DNA from: an uncultured Gemmatimonadales bacterium
Lineage (GTDB): Bacteria; Gemmatimonadota; Gemmatimonadetes; Gemmatimonadales; GWC2-71-9
NCBI GenBank assembly: GCA_963798915.1
Contig: CAWCVB010000007.1
Span: 64,001 to 128,000 of the forward strand
Length of the DNA: 64,000 nt
Direction of reading: 5' to 3'
A program made the translations under genes and the position numbers. Positions 52,100 through 62,242 of the stretch are shown piece after piece. Position 1 is the stretch's first letter, and each line of letters opens with the position of its first letter. A model generated the notes under the pieces. The model saw only the letters and a list, made by a program, of their open reading frames with translations. It ran no database searches and had not been told where the DNA came from.

Positions 52100-52834
52100 T
52101 CACGAGGAGGCCGTCCTTCGCGACTGTTTCTGTGATACTCGGGTCGGCACCGAAGCGGGCCGTTCAGGAGACTTAAGCTTGGCTTTCACTTGATCTCGGC
52201 AGGTCGCTCGTGCTTTGGCACGCAACTCTGCAGGCAAGTGTTTGCCGAGTAGCGAATCCGTACTCGCTTGTACCGCCAATTCCCGCCTATGCCTTGCCGT
52301 TTCAGCTTCAGCAGACTCTGCTCTGCCGCCGCATGCTCGGATCGCCCGACTGAGGTAAGTCGCCATGGTATCGGCGGTGCCGCGATCACCGGCGAGGATG
52401 TTCAGTGTCTCCTCGAGCCGCGGCCACGCTCCCATGGCTAGGGTCAACGTTCCACGCTGCAAGTTGTCAACGGCGAATCAATGGCTTCGCCCGACGTTGT
52501 GACAGCTTGGGCCAGAAACAGTCCCCTATCGGCCAGACTGCTTCACCTCGACCTTGGGTGCCAGAACCGATAGATCCACTTGGAAGACACGGATGACGGG
52601 CGCGAGTGAATTATCTTGATCTTCGCGGAGTGTCAATCGGCATCCGTCGGCATCCGTAATTCTCTGGTCGAACTTAAATGCGTCCTCATCAACGCTGAAT
52701 GCGGCCTTCCCGTTGGTTAGGAGATAATCACGGAGTAGCTCCGCGGCCTGGGGTGCCGGGGTGGCCGCTTGTGCGACTAGCAGAGTTGGCCAGAAGCTGA
52801 GGAGGTGCCAAGGGTGCCGCATACCAGACCTCAA
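52100..52834 (-). pseudogene. fragmented secreted hypothetical protein (cassette)
   Basis: Signal-peptide ORF 52526-52834 followed by ORF 52100-52462. Confidence 0.4.
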
Positions 52835-52887
52835 GGTTGAGTTCCAGATTCTTGAACTAGGATAGCTCGCGTTGATCAGAGCTCTGC

Positions 52888-52981
52888 CGCTGCGTTTGTG
52901 CGGAGCTGCTCACCTCCTCAACGCTGCTGAAGCCGAGCGGTACTGGAACGCTGAATACGCCTGATTTTCGAGACAGTTGCT
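52888..52981 (+). mobile_element. eroded IS110 3' remnant and right end
   Basis: ...TGGAACGCTGAATACGCCTGATTTTCGAGACAGTTG-CT-aac (WNAEYA* versus WNAEHA*). Confidence 0.8.
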
Positions 52982-53105
52982 AACGACAGGCAAATCAGCT
53001 GCAAACGACCTGCGAAAACATCAATTCCTTATAGCCTCTGGGAGCGTAGCACGCCAGCGGCGCCTCGGCCGGTCCGCGTTTGCCAGCTGCATTTGCGTGT
53101 TAGAC
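52978..53105 (-). repeat. attC site abutting an IS110 right end
   Basis: CTAAC..GCAAATCAGCTG ... CAGCTGCATTTGCGT-GTTAGAC. Confidence 0.88.
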
Positions 53106-53471
53106 AGCAGGGCCATCGGAGCGCCGGATGCGGATCCGGTCTTCCTCAACGATCCACAGCCGCTGCACGATCGGCTCGGTCGCGAACAGCGGCAGGATCC
53201 GGGCCATGAGCCGCAGCACACGTTCCCGATCCGGCTCGAACGGTCGCAGGACAACGATGCCGGCAGCCTCGGCCGGCGGGTAGGCACGGATATCAGCGAA
53301 ATCGAGATCTAACGTGATGAGGACTCGCTGCTCAGTCTGACACTGAGCGAAGACCATCGCGTCGACCGCTCCTCCAAGCGTCTCATCATAAACCGTATGA
53401 CAATCATGGCCGCCTTGCCGGAGCAAGTCGGCGACTTGGATGGGCACATTTTCATCGATCTTGCAGCGCAT
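53100..53471 (-). CDS. DUF5615 PIN-like toxin
   Basis: KIDENVP...GHD...VLITLDLDFAD...GIVVLR. Confidence 0.88.
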   Translation of the reverse strand: MRCKIDENVPIQVADLLRQGGHDCHTVYDETLGGAVDAMVFAQCQTEQRVLITLDLDFADIRAYPPAEAAGIVVLRPFEPDRERVLRLMARILPLFATEPIVQRLWIVEEDRIRIRRSDGPAV

Positions 53472-53485
53472 CAGCGGGCGCGACG

Positions 53486-53713
53486 CTAGGCGGGCAGCGC
53501 GACGACACGTTCCTGCGCGAGGTCAGCCGCGTACGCCAGCGCCGCTTGCACGGCTTCTCGAGTAAGGCTCGGGTAGCTCTGGATGATGGCCTCTGGCGAG
53601 GAGCCCGCCGCCAAGTTGGCCAGCACCACGGCGACAGGGATCCGGGTGCCACGAATGCACGCTTTACCATGGGCGATTGCGGGATCAACTGAGATATGGT
53701 CCTGCCAGCGCAT
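53486..53713 (-). CDS. DUF433 antitoxin
   Basis: ISVDPAIAHGKACIRGTRIPV...YPSLT. Confidence 0.9.
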   Translation of the reverse strand: MRWQDHISVDPAIAHGKACIRGTRIPVAVVLANLAAGSSPEAIIQSYPSLTREAVQAALAYAADLAQERVVALPA

Positions 53714-53763
53714 GACGTCCTCCTCCGACCGTGACCTCGATGATACTATCAACGTCGGCTGCT

Positions 53764-53823
53764 GTCTAACGGCATGGCGATAAGCGGCGGGTGAAGCCCG
53801 TCCGCTTCATCGCCGGGTTCGCC
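53764..53823 (-). repeat. attC site
   Basis: Same as 29227-29286 apart from the outer core base. Confidence 0.88.
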
Positions 53824-53827
53824 GGCA

Positions 53828-54880
53828 TCATCGCATAATGGTCTCGCGCAGCCACCCCAGAAGCTGGTTCAAGTAAAGCTCGGATATCGGACCGCCCGAA
53901 TCCGGCGTCCCAGTCTCCATAAGATGGTCGGCCTGCGGGATCCGCTGAATCGTCACTGCCGGGTTGGAGCGCGTCGCTTGTCGGATATTCGCGATGCTTT
54001 CCTCGACCGGAACCCATGGGTCCGCTTGGGCAAAGAAGAAGGCGATCGGAACCCGAACCCGAGCGAGTGCGGCCAGCGGATCATAGTCCATCTCCGCGTA
54101 CCACTTCGTGAGCCTGGGCTCAGCGGGCAGGTCGCCCCTACCGGGGAGAAAGACCTGGCTGAACCATGGCTCGTGCCGGATGGTCGCGATGGCCTTCTCA
54201 GCATCCGTCCTCGTAGCCCGCCCTCGGTAGTAATCGTTCACCACAGCTCGAATCCGCAGCGCTCGGTCAATGATCTCCGGCGGGTGACCGGCGGCTCGAA
54301 GCGCGGTCGCTGCGGCATAATCCATCTGGCCCGCCGGGCTCACGCCGGGACCGGACACTGAGACGACGAAAGCGATATCGCGTGACATGGTCGCGGCGAG
54401 CGGGCCCAGCCAGCCGCCTTGACTCACTCCCCAGACACCTATCCGCTCAGGGTCGATGTCGCGTCGCGATTTCAGCAGTTCAACTCCGGCGATTCCATCC
54501 GCTGCGAGGTCCTGGAAGGTCGCTGTGTTGAAATCGCCGGTGGACGAACCTGAGCCCCGGCGGTCGAAGATTAAGACGGCGATGCCCGCGGCAGGGAGCG
54601 CGGTGGCAAGATGCTGATACGCATGGAAACTGCGCGTCCCGCCGCCCGCAGCATGGAATACGACCACAGCTGGGTACCGCCCGACCCCAGAGGGAATGTA
54701 CAGGGTGCCCGACAGGTCGATGCTGCCATTGTGAAAGGAAACCTGTTCTGCCGACTCTGCCGAGCGCCCGGCACCGGCTGGATCAGGGGCCGTTCCAAGA
54801 GTCACGAGGGCGCCCAGGATGATGCCTAGCCACATAACGGGGTCACGACCCAGAGAGTGAGTGGTGGCGGGCTTGACCAT
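53828..54880 (-). CDS. alpha/beta hydrolase, cassette copy 2
   Basis: Near-identical to 29291-30343. Confidence 0.9.
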   Translation of the reverse strand: MVKPATTHSLGRDPVMWLGIILGALVTLGTAPDPAGAGRSAESAEQVSFHNGSIDLSGTLYIPSGVGRYPAVVVFHAAGGGTRSFHAYQHLATALPAAGIAVLIFDRRGSGSSTGDFNTATFQDLAADGIAGVELLKSRRDIDPERIGVWGVSQGGWLGPLAATMSRDIAFVVSVSGPGVSPAGQMDYAAATALRAAGHPPEIIDRALRIRAVVNDYYRGRATRTDAEKAIATIRHEPWFSQVFLPGRGDLPAEPRLTKWYAEMDYDPLAALARVRVPIAFFFAQADPWVPVEESIANIRQATRSNPAVTIQRIPQADHLMETGTPDSGGPISELYLNQLLGWLRETIMR

Positions 54881-54911
54881 TGGTGTCTTCAGGCCTCCGT
54901 CGCGGCTTGCC

Positions 54912-55047
54912 GGCGAACGACAAGCGCTTCAGCTGCGGGGCGGTCGCCCCGTCAGGAATCAAAGTTCAGTCTCGGCCAGACGGGACGCTAGTACCGCACG
55001 GAACCCCGGCCGACGGCCGCCCCGCCAGCTGCAAGCGCAGGTTAGAC
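54912..55047 (-). repeat. attC site
   Basis: GGCGAAC..GCGCTTCAGCTG ... CAGCTGCAAGCGCAG-GTTAGAC. Confidence 0.88.
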
Positions 55048-55054
55048 CGTTGCT

Positions 55055-55492
55055 CTAGAGGAGCTTTGGAAACAGCTCCTCGAGACGCTCAAATCGGTTA
55101 GATGGCAAGAGCTGCTCGTGCTCATTGACCTTGAAATCGCCGTCTCCGGCCAAGCGAATGCGCTGGTCGCGGATTCGCAGTTCTATCTGCCCACCGGAAA
55201 GTACATAGCCTGCTGAGGGAGAATGATGTAGGAAAACGCCGAACCATCGATGGCCGCTCGCTGACAGTCTCGTGAGCTGATTCTTAGTGAGCCCCCAGAA
55301 GCCGGGATCGCTGGTGCTCTCCTTGACGTAGAGAACAGTCGGACGTGGAACCGTCGCGAGCGCGATGAGGTTGGCGGACCGGCGCGTTCCACCGGACCAC
55401 CGCGAGACGGCGATGCCACGTGCGCAGAGGAGGCGGCTCAGCGATGTCTCGAACTTAGGAACCAGGCGCAGCGCCATTCCTAGACTCCACAT
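55055..55492 (-). CDS. hypothetical protein (first cassette)
   Basis: ORF between the attI-like site and an attC; LYVKES...GFWGLTKNQL. Confidence 0.65.
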   Translation of the reverse strand: MWSLGMALRLVPKFETSLSRLLCARGIAVSRWSGGTRRSANLIALATVPRPTVLYVKESTSDPGFWGLTKNQLTRLSASGHRWFGVFLHHSPSAGYVLSGGQIELRIRDQRIRLAGDGDFKVNEHEQLLPSNRFERLEELFPKLL

Positions 55493-55514
55493 GCGATTTA
55501 CTTCCGGGCAAGCG

Positions 55515-55589
55515 GTCTAACAAGTATTCGACTGCGAACCTGCAGCCTAAGCCAATAAGCACTATACCGGCCGCAGCCTAATCCGGGAA
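55515..55589 (-). other. putative attI site with Pc-like promoter
   Basis: Lone GTTAGAC core (55515-55521) without attC palindrome; direct repeats TTAGGCTGC (55542-55550, 55573-55581); TTCCCG-17-TATAGT. Confidence 0.6.
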
Positions 55590-55860
55590 GACTGCAAAAC
55601 CTGACCGGCCCAACAAGTCCGCCGGGCTCCGTACCGCCAGCCCACCGCGGTTCAGGACATGGGTATAAAGCATGGTAGTGCTGACATCCCGGTGCCCCAG
55701 CAGTTCCTGCACCGTCCGGATGTCGTAGCCCGCCTCCAGCTGGTGGGTCGCGAAGCTGTGGCGGAAGGTGTGACAGCTTGCCCGCTTGCCAATGCCCGAG
55801 CGCCGCACTGCCTCCGCCCGCTGCACCGCACTCGGATGTAGATGATGCCGCCGCCTTCTT
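55578..55860 (-). pseudogene. intI: integron integrase, C-terminal fragment
   Basis: [53 protein letters not shown]. Confidence 0.92.
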
Positions 55861-55888
55861 CGGCTGCAAACGCAGATCAGGCGGCGCG

Positions 55889-56593
55889 TTAGTTCTCTTC
55901 AAGCGCCTCTAAAACCGCCCGGGTTGAACAAACGCGTCCAAATACCATGGCGAACGTCTCCAGCGCCGATCGGTGTCGATCGTCGCCTGGAGCGGCACAG
56001 CTGTCTGCAAGAATGATGACGCTGAAGCCGCCATCGGCCAATTCGCGGGCTGCCTGAGTAACGCAAACGTCCGTGGTCACGCCGACAACGAGCACAGTGT
56101 CTACGCCAAGCACGTGGAGCGTTTGATCCAGCCGGGCAGAGTTCAGCGGTCCGCTGGTCGTCTTTGCCAGGACGGGTTCACCTTGCCGGGGAGCGAGGCT
56201 CGCGTGAATCCGCCAACTGTCGTCATCCCGCGGTGGGTACATTGGCGCACCAACCGTCTTCTGGCTCAATTGGTTGAGTTGCCGAGCCCAGCCGGGCAGA
56301 TCCCGCCCGTCACTGCGGAAGGAGCCGAGAGCCGTGAAGTAGATCGGGATTCCCAGTGTGCGACAAGACTTGAGCACTTCCTGGACATTTGGAACTACGG
56401 TAGTTCTGACACGGTCGAAATACGCAGCGGCTGCGTCAGGCTGAAACTTGGCTAGGACCTGGCCGAACGGGAACTCAGGTTCCACGAAATACCGCTGCAT
56501 GTCGACCACAAGCAGGGCGCTACGATCAGGCCGCACACGGAGGGTTTCCTCACCCTTGAGGGCGGCGTATGCTTCAAAGTCGCTGATGTCCAT
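55889..56593 (-). CDS. cysteine hydrolase (isochorismatase family)
   Basis: [21 protein letters not shown]. Confidence 0.9.
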   Translation of the reverse strand: MDISDFEAYAALKGEETLRVRPDRSALLVVDMQRYFVEPEFPFGQVLAKFQPDAAAAYFDRVRTTVVPNVQEVLKSCRTLGIPIYFTALGSFRSDGRDLPGWARQLNQLSQKTVGAPMYPPRDDDSWRIHASLAPRQGEPVLAKTTSGPLNSARLDQTLHVLGVDTVLVVGVTTDVCVTQAARELADGGFSVIILADSCAAPGDDRHRSALETFAMVFGRVCSTRAVLEALEEN

Positions 56594-56631
56594 TCCGCAA
56601 TCCTCCCAGATGCAGAGCTCGTTGTTGCCGT

Positions 56632-56725
56632 CTGGTATCTCTGAATCTCACGTCCGCAGCACGTTCTGGATAGGCTGTTAACCCGTTGCGCCTCAGGCTT
56701 CCAGGCCGTTCGTTCGCTTGGACAG
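56632..56725 (+). ncRNA. IS110 left end with degraded bridge-RNA target loop
   Basis: gccgt-CT-GGTATCTC...TCTGGATAGG...ACCCGTTGCGCCT...CCGTTCGTTCG. Confidence 0.7.
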
Positions 56726-57184
56726 GCTATGGTGCCCCAGCCGCAACTTCGCACGCAGAAGCGGCAGCAGGCGCGAATTAGACTGCGACGGGAACGCGGG
56801 GGTGCCGGCTCGGGACCCGGATGCTTGCCTCATCATCCAGTCTTCACTTCAACGGTCCGTCCGCAGGAACCGTTTTCTCGCAAACCCTAACGGATTCCCC
56901 CACCTCCGCACGGCAGGCCAATGCGCGCCGCCAAGCAGGCGGTGTCAGCCTGCTCGGCGTCAGCCCCAGCGGACGGTCGCTGGCGCCATACCGCGATCAG
57001 CAGCAATACCAACAGCAGAAGCGCCGCCGCCGAAAACACCACGCTGGTGAAACGCCGATGCATCGCTCGACCTCCCCGCCAGGAAGGTTTGATCCACGCC
57101 GCTCGCCCCGACCCTGCCCGCAGTCCACGTTACCACCCGCCACCGAATCCCGAAACCCGGAGCGCCGAATTACCTTCCCCTGCC

Positions 57185-57586
57185 ATGGAACCCATGACCC
57201 CGGCGCTCCACAGTATCGCCATCTTCGTTACCGACATCCGCGCCGCGCTCGAGTTCTATCGTGATACCCTGGGACTGCCGCTCAGCAAGGCCGGCTCCTT
57301 CGGCGGCGAGTTTCTCGACGGCCCGCCCCATATCGGCGTCCATCCCGCCAATCATCCCGAATCCAAAAAGCTGGTCGGGCGTGAGACCGGTATTACCCTC
57401 CGCGTTCCCGGGCTGCTGCACTACTGCGGCATGCTCCACGAACGCGGCGTCCGCTTCCTCAACGAACCCACCAGGCAGTCCTGGGGGATCATGGCCATGA
57501 TCACCGATCCCGATGGCAACGTGCTGGCCCTCTGGGAGCCGCCCGAGGACCAGAAGGCCGACGACCAGGCCGAGGAGCCAACATGA
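57185..57586 (+). CDS. VOC family protein
   Basis: IFVTDIRAALEFYRDTLGL...WG...DPDGNVL. Confidence 0.88.
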   Translation: MEPMTPALHSIAIFVTDIRAALEFYRDTLGLPLSKAGSFGGEFLDGPPHIGVHPANHPESKKLVGRETGITLRVPGLLHYCGMLHERGVRFLNEPTRQSWGIMAMITDPDGNVLALWEPPEDQKADDQAEEPT

Positions 57587-58611
57587 CCCGCCGCGGCTTT
57601 GCCAGCGACAACGCCGCCGGCGCCCACCCCGAGGTGCTGGCCGCGCTGGCCCGGGTCAATGACGGCCACGCCCCCGCCTACGGCGCCGACGAGCATACTG
57701 CCCGCGCCGAGGCCCTTATAAGGAAAGAGCTGGGCGAAACCGCCCGCCCCTTCCTGGTCTTTGGCGGCACCGGCGCCAATGTCACGGCGCTCGCCGCCGT
57801 GCTCCAGCCCCACGAGTCGGTGATCTGCGCTGAGACCGCCCATATCAATGTGGATGAGTGCGGAGCGCCGGAGCGCCACGCCGGCTGCAAGCTGGTCCCC
57901 ATCGCCACGCCCGACGGGAAGCTCACCCCCGACCTGGTGCAGCCCGCCATCAAGGGAATCGGCACCGAGCACCACGTGCAGCCGAGGGTGATTTCGATAT
58001 CACAGAGCACGGAATATGGCACGGTATACAACCCGTCCGACCTGTCCGCCCTGTCCGACTTCGCGCATGACAATCGATTGCTGTTGCACGTAGATGGCGC
58101 ACGCCTCGCCAACGCCACGGCTGCCGTCGGCCTCCCGCTCAAGGCCATGACCGCCGACGCGGGCGTGGACCTGCTCTCCTTCGGCGCTACCAAGAACGGC
58201 GCCATTGGCGCCGAGGCGGTGGTCTTCTTCCGGGAAGAGCCAGCCCGGAAATTCAAGTTCATCCGGAAGCAGGGGATGCAGCTCGCCTCCAAGATGCGTT
58301 TCGTCGCCGCCCAGTTCGAGGCGCTGCTGACTGACGAGCTCTGGCTCCGGAGCGCGGCCCACGCCAACGCCATGGCCCGCCGCCTGGCCAATGGAGTCCG
58401 CGGCACCGAGGGCGTCACCATCACCCAGCCGGTGGAAGCCAACGCCGTCTTTGCCATTCTCCCGCCCGATGACATCGCTCGGCTCCAGGAGAAATTCTTC
58501 TTCCATGTGTGGGACGAGCAGAAGCACGAGGTGCGGTGGATGACGGCGTGGGATACCACGGAAGAGGACGTGGATGCGTTTGTGACAGAGATCAGACGGG
58601 TGGGCGGATAG
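57583..58611 (+). CDS. ltaE: low-specificity L-threonine aldolase
   Basis: FASDN, LHVDGARLANA, SFGATKNG. Confidence 0.9.
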   Translation: MTRRGFASDNAAGAHPEVLAALARVNDGHAPAYGADEHTARAEALIRKELGETARPFLVFGGTGANVTALAAVLQPHESVICAETAHINVDECGAPERHAGCKLVPIATPDGKLTPDLVQPAIKGIGTEHHVQPRVISISQSTEYGTVYNPSDLSALSDFAHDNRLLLHVDGARLANATAAVGLPLKAMTADAGVDLLSFGATKNGAIGAEAVVFFREEPARKFKFIRKQGMQLASKMRFVAAQFEALLTDELWLRSAAHANAMARRLANGVRGTEGVTITQPVEANAVFAILPPDDIARLQEKFFFHVWDEQKHEVRWMTAWDTTEEDVDAFVTEIRRVGG

Positions 58612-58974
58612 TCTCGACGGGCTCCTGACCATCTGCCTTGCCCACGATCCCCTGCGCCACCTTGTCCCCGCGCGTCGCATCCTCCACCAGCTGCCCCTGC
58701 TGCTCCATCCCGTATTCCTCAAACGGCTTGATGCCGGCTCGGCGCCAGTCGTAGGGATCGGTCGCAAGGCCCGCGCGGGAGAGCAGATGCTGCGCCTGCT
58801 CCTTGGCGCCGAGCACATAGTAGCGCACCGGCCCCCACGCGTCGTACTGCCGCACATGCTCCAACTCATGCGCCAGCACCGCCGGGTCATCGGCGCACCA
58901 GTCGGGCAGGAAGATCGGAATGACCCAGTGTCACTCCCCGCCCACGGGAAAGGAAAAGCACGATGCCACGCCAT
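58592..58974 (-). CDS. DUF4157-like HExxH protein, possibly frameshifted
   Basis: LAHELEHVRQY...EQQG. Confidence 0.55.
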
Positions 58975-59023
58975 GGGTCGCCCGTGTTTCGGCAGATGGT
59001 CACGGGTCGCGAGTCAAGGAAAC

Positions 59024-60127
59024 TCACTTCCCCAGAAACTCGCCGATCGGCATCAGCGGCTCAAAATGATCGCACACGATCTTGATCGTGGCCAGCATCG
59101 GCACTGCCAGGATGGCGCCCGGCACCCCCCAGACAAACCACCAGAAGGTCACTCCGCTGAAGACCGCCACCGTGTTGAGCGCCAGCCGGTGACCCAGGAT
59201 CATGGGCGAAAGCACGTCGGATTCGGAAATGTGAATGGCAATGAACACCAGCGGGGCGATGAGCGCGTGTGCCGTGCTCTCGAAGGTGATCAGGCTGGCC
59301 ACCAGCAGGATCAGCGCATTCATGATCGGCCCCACGTACGGCACGAAATTGAGCGTCATCGCAACCACGCCCCAGAGCACCGGATTGGGCAACCCCACCA
59401 GCCAGGCGGTGACACCGGTCAGGATGCCCACCGTCAGGTGAATCGTGCTCGTGGTCAGCATGTAGATCGAGATCTGCGCTTCGGTTTCACGCGCGATCTC
59501 CACCGCGCGCCGCTTGTCGCCGAAGCCCGGTAATACCTTGATCAGCTTCTGGAGAAACAGGTCGCCCGAGGCAAGCAGGAAGAACGCCAGGAAGATGACG
59601 ATGACCGCTGCCTCCACCACTGCCCGGGTGCCACCAAAGACCCGGCTGGTCATGCTCGGCTCGGCCACCTGGACCGTCGGCGTCTTCTTCTGCTCCATCC
59701 CGGTGGCCTGCTGCACCTGCTCCGCCGCCTTGGTGACGCGCTCCATCGGTTCGCGAAGCTCGTGCACCCGGCGCTCCAGCTGTTTCATGCTGGTGGGGCC
59801 ACGTGATACCCACTCAGCCGCCGGCGACGCCAGTCGGTACGCGGTAAAACTGACCAGGCCCACCAGCAGCACCATGATGAGCGCCGCCGCAATGCCCCTC
59901 GGCATGCCGGCCCGCTCATGCAGTGCACGAACCACCGGGCCGAAGAGCAGGTTGATCAGTACAGCCATGGCAACGGGAAGGAAGAAGGCCTTGGCAAAGT
60001 GCAGGGTATACAGCATCGCCAGCAGGAACAGCCCCGCCAGCAGAAAGGTCCGCACCCCGGCACTCTGGCCCAGCTCGCGCACAGACTTGTGCAGATCAGG
60101 GATTTCCGGTGGGGATTCGTCGGACAT
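59024..60127 (-). CDS. AI-2E family transporter
   Basis: LNFVPYVG...WGVPGAILAVP. Confidence 0.92.
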   Translation of the reverse strand: MSDESPPEIPDLHKSVRELGQSAGVRTFLLAGLFLLAMLYTLHFAKAFFLPVAMAVLINLLFGPVVRALHERAGMPRGIAAALIMVLLVGLVSFTAYRLASPAAEWVSRGPTSMKQLERRVHELREPMERVTKAAEQVQQATGMEQKKTPTVQVAEPSMTSRVFGGTRAVVEAAVIVIFLAFFLLASGDLFLQKLIKVLPGFGDKRRAVEIARETEAQISIYMLTTSTIHLTVGILTGVTAWLVGLPNPVLWGVVAMTLNFVPYVGPIMNALILLVASLITFESTAHALIAPLVFIAIHISESDVLSPMILGHRLALNTVAVFSGVTFWWFVWGVPGAILAVPMLATIKIVCDHFEPLMPIGEFLGK

Positions 60128-60249
60128 GCATACCTCGTGAGAGTCGCTGAAGGCTGTGCGACGATACCGCGTTCAGCTTTTTGCGTCCAGCTTCTAGCTC
60201 TTAATCTTTAGCTTCCAGCTTTTCGCCTTTAGCTTTTCGCTTTCAGCTT

Positions 60250-61173
60250 TCAGCCTCCAGCCTCATTCCTCCCCAGCTCTGCCGGCGCCTTCACGCGCCC
60301 CACCGCACCGGCCAGCGCCAGCAGCACCAGCACGTACGGCAGCATGAGGAAAAGCTGGTACGGCACATCGAGACCCAGCGCCTGCAACAGAAACTGCAGC
60401 GCTGTCGCCGCACCGAACAGCAGCGACGCCGCCAGGACACCCACCGGGCTCCATCGGCCAAGCACCACGATCGCGATCGCGACGAAGCCCCGCCCCGCCG
60501 TCATCCGCTCTGCAAAGGTGCCGACCTGGGCCAGCACCAGCGAGCCACCCGCCAAACCGGCCAGCGCTCCACCCAGAATGGTAGCACGACTCCGGACCAG
60601 TGTGATCCGGACTCCAGCCGCGCGGGCGCCCTCCAGGCTCTCTCCCGCCGCGCGCATCGCCAGGCCTTCCCGGCTTCGCTCCAGCAGCCACCATGTGCAC
60701 GGCACCGCCGCAAATGCCAGGTAGGTGGTAAACGGCTGGCGGAAGAGCGCGGCGCCGATGAACGGAAGATCGCTGAGGAAGGGAAGTCGGAGTGGCCCCA
60801 AGGTGGGAAGCGAAAGCGCCGCGCCGGCAGCGCCGAACACGCCGCGGTAGATGGTGCCGGTGAACCCCACAGCCGCCAGGGTGATCGCAGTGCCGGTGAT
60901 GACCTGGTCGGCTTTCCAGCGAATGGCCACCAGCGCAAACACCGTGGAGGCGAGCGCACCAGCCAGCATCGCCGCCAGCAGTCCCGTCCATGCACCGCCC
61001 CACGCCGCCCCCATGGCCGACGCAAGAGCACCCGAAAGCATCGCGCCTTCGATGCCAAGGTTGATGACGCCGGACCGCTCGGCGACGGTCTCTCCCAGGG
61101 CCGCCAGCAGCAGCGGCGTCGCCACCCGCACCGCCGCAGCCAGGAACCCGGCAACCACTGGCTCGAGCGCCAT
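60250..61173 (-). CDS. nucleoside-type ABC transporter permease
   Basis: ERSGVINLGIEG, GRGFVAIAIVVLGRW. Confidence 0.92.
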   Translation of the reverse strand: MALEPVVAGFLAAAVRVATPLLLAALGETVAERSGVINLGIEGAMLSGALASAMGAAWGGAWTGLLAAMLAGALASTVFALVAIRWKADQVITGTAITLAAVGFTGTIYRGVFGAAGAALSLPTLGPLRLPFLSDLPFIGAALFRQPFTTYLAFAAVPCTWWLLERSREGLAMRAAGESLEGARAAGVRITLVRSRATILGGALAGLAGGSLVLAQVGTFAERMTAGRGFVAIAIVVLGRWSPVGVLAASLLFGAATALQFLLQALGLDVPYQLFLMLPYVLVLLALAGAVGRVKAPAELGRNEAGG

Positions 61174-62121
61174 CTACGCCGCCAGCCGCGCCAGCCGGGC
61201 CCGCTGCCGGGCGTCAATCAGCACCAGCGCGATGATGAACGCCGCCTCGACCACGTAGACGATCACCGCCGGCACGCCAGCGTCGCGCTGCATCCCGGCC
61301 GCGCCCGCCTCGAGCGCCCCGAACATGATACCGCTGCCGATGATCCATGCCGGCCGGAGCCGAGCCAGCAAAGCGACCGCGATGGCGGTGAATCCATAGC
61401 CCGGCGAAAGATTCTGGTAGAGGGCGTGCGAAACCCCTCCCACCTCGGTGGCGCCGGCCAGTCCGGCAATTGCACCCGAGAGGAGCAGCGACACCGCCAG
61501 GGTTCTCGCAACCTTGATGCGACCGCTGATCCTGGCAGCACGTTCGCCCTGGCCCACCGCCAGCAGCTCAAATCCCCATCGGGTGCGGGTGAACACCCAC
61601 CAGAGCAGCACGGCCAGCGCCGCCGCGAGCGCAAAGCCCAGGTGGAGACGCGTCCCCGGCAGCAGCGGCAGCCAGGCCGACCGCGCGATCGCCGCACTCT
61701 GGGGATAGACGTGGGTGGGCTCCTGCAGCGGACCCTGCACCATGAAGCTCACCAGCGCTTCCGCCACGAAGTTGAGCAGCAACGTGCTGATGACCTCGAG
61801 CACGCCGTAGCGGATCCTGAGAATCACTGGTATCAGCATCCAGAGCGCGCCCGCCAGCGCCGCCACGGCCCAGGTCGCACCGATTGCGATCAGTGGCGGC
61901 CAGCCGACCAGATGGAGCCCGACCCAGGTGGCGCCGATGGCGCCGGCGTAGAACTGGCCTTCGGCGCCGATATTGAGTGCGCCGGCTCGCAAGGCGAGCG
62001 CAAAGCCCAGGGCAATGATGATGAGCGGGGTCGCCCGGACCAGTGTGGCCGAGGTGAAGACGTACCAGGAACCGAAGGCACCGTTCCAGAAGGCCGCGGC
62101 GATGGTGAGGAGATCGGTCAC
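61174..62121 (-). CDS. nucleoside-type ABC transporter permease
   Basis: NIGAEGQ, GYGFTAIAVALL; start uncertain. Confidence 0.88.
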   Translation of the reverse strand: MTDLLTIAAAFWNGAFGSWYVFTSATLVRATPLIIIALGFALALRAGALNIGAEGQFYAGAIGATWVGLHLVGWPPLIAIGATWAVAALAGALWMLIPVILRIRYGVLEVISTLLLNFVAEALVSFMVQGPLQEPTHVYPQSAAIARSAWLPLLPGTRLHLGFALAAALAVLLWWVFTRTRWGFELLAVGQGERAARISGRIKVARTLAVSLLLSGAIAGLAGATEVGGVSHALYQNLSPGYGFTAIAVALLARLRPAWIIGSGIMFGALEAGAAGMQRDAGVPAVIVYVVEAAFIIALVLIDARQRARLARLAA

Positions 62122-62242
62122 GGGTCGATGGTCGACGGTCGACGGTCGACATTGCGAGGATGGCTCGTAAGGGCGACACCTGCGTCGCCCGGCGGGCCTT
62201 CTGGCGCTTCGCGCCATCGCAATGACGTGAGAGTGGCGCCCC

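Noticed and set aside
52840..52890. Eroded IS110 left end paired with the 52980 right end
   Set aside because: Only short patches (GGATAG, CGTTGATC) resemble the left end; too weak without an alignment.
60172..60250. TTCAGCTTT-like low-complexity repeats
   Set aside because: Short intergenic simple repeats between housekeeping genes, with no further structure.
62123..62150. GGTCGAC heptamer repeat as a phase-variation tract
   Set aside because: Probably upstream of the permease start; frame switching cannot be shown from sequence alone.
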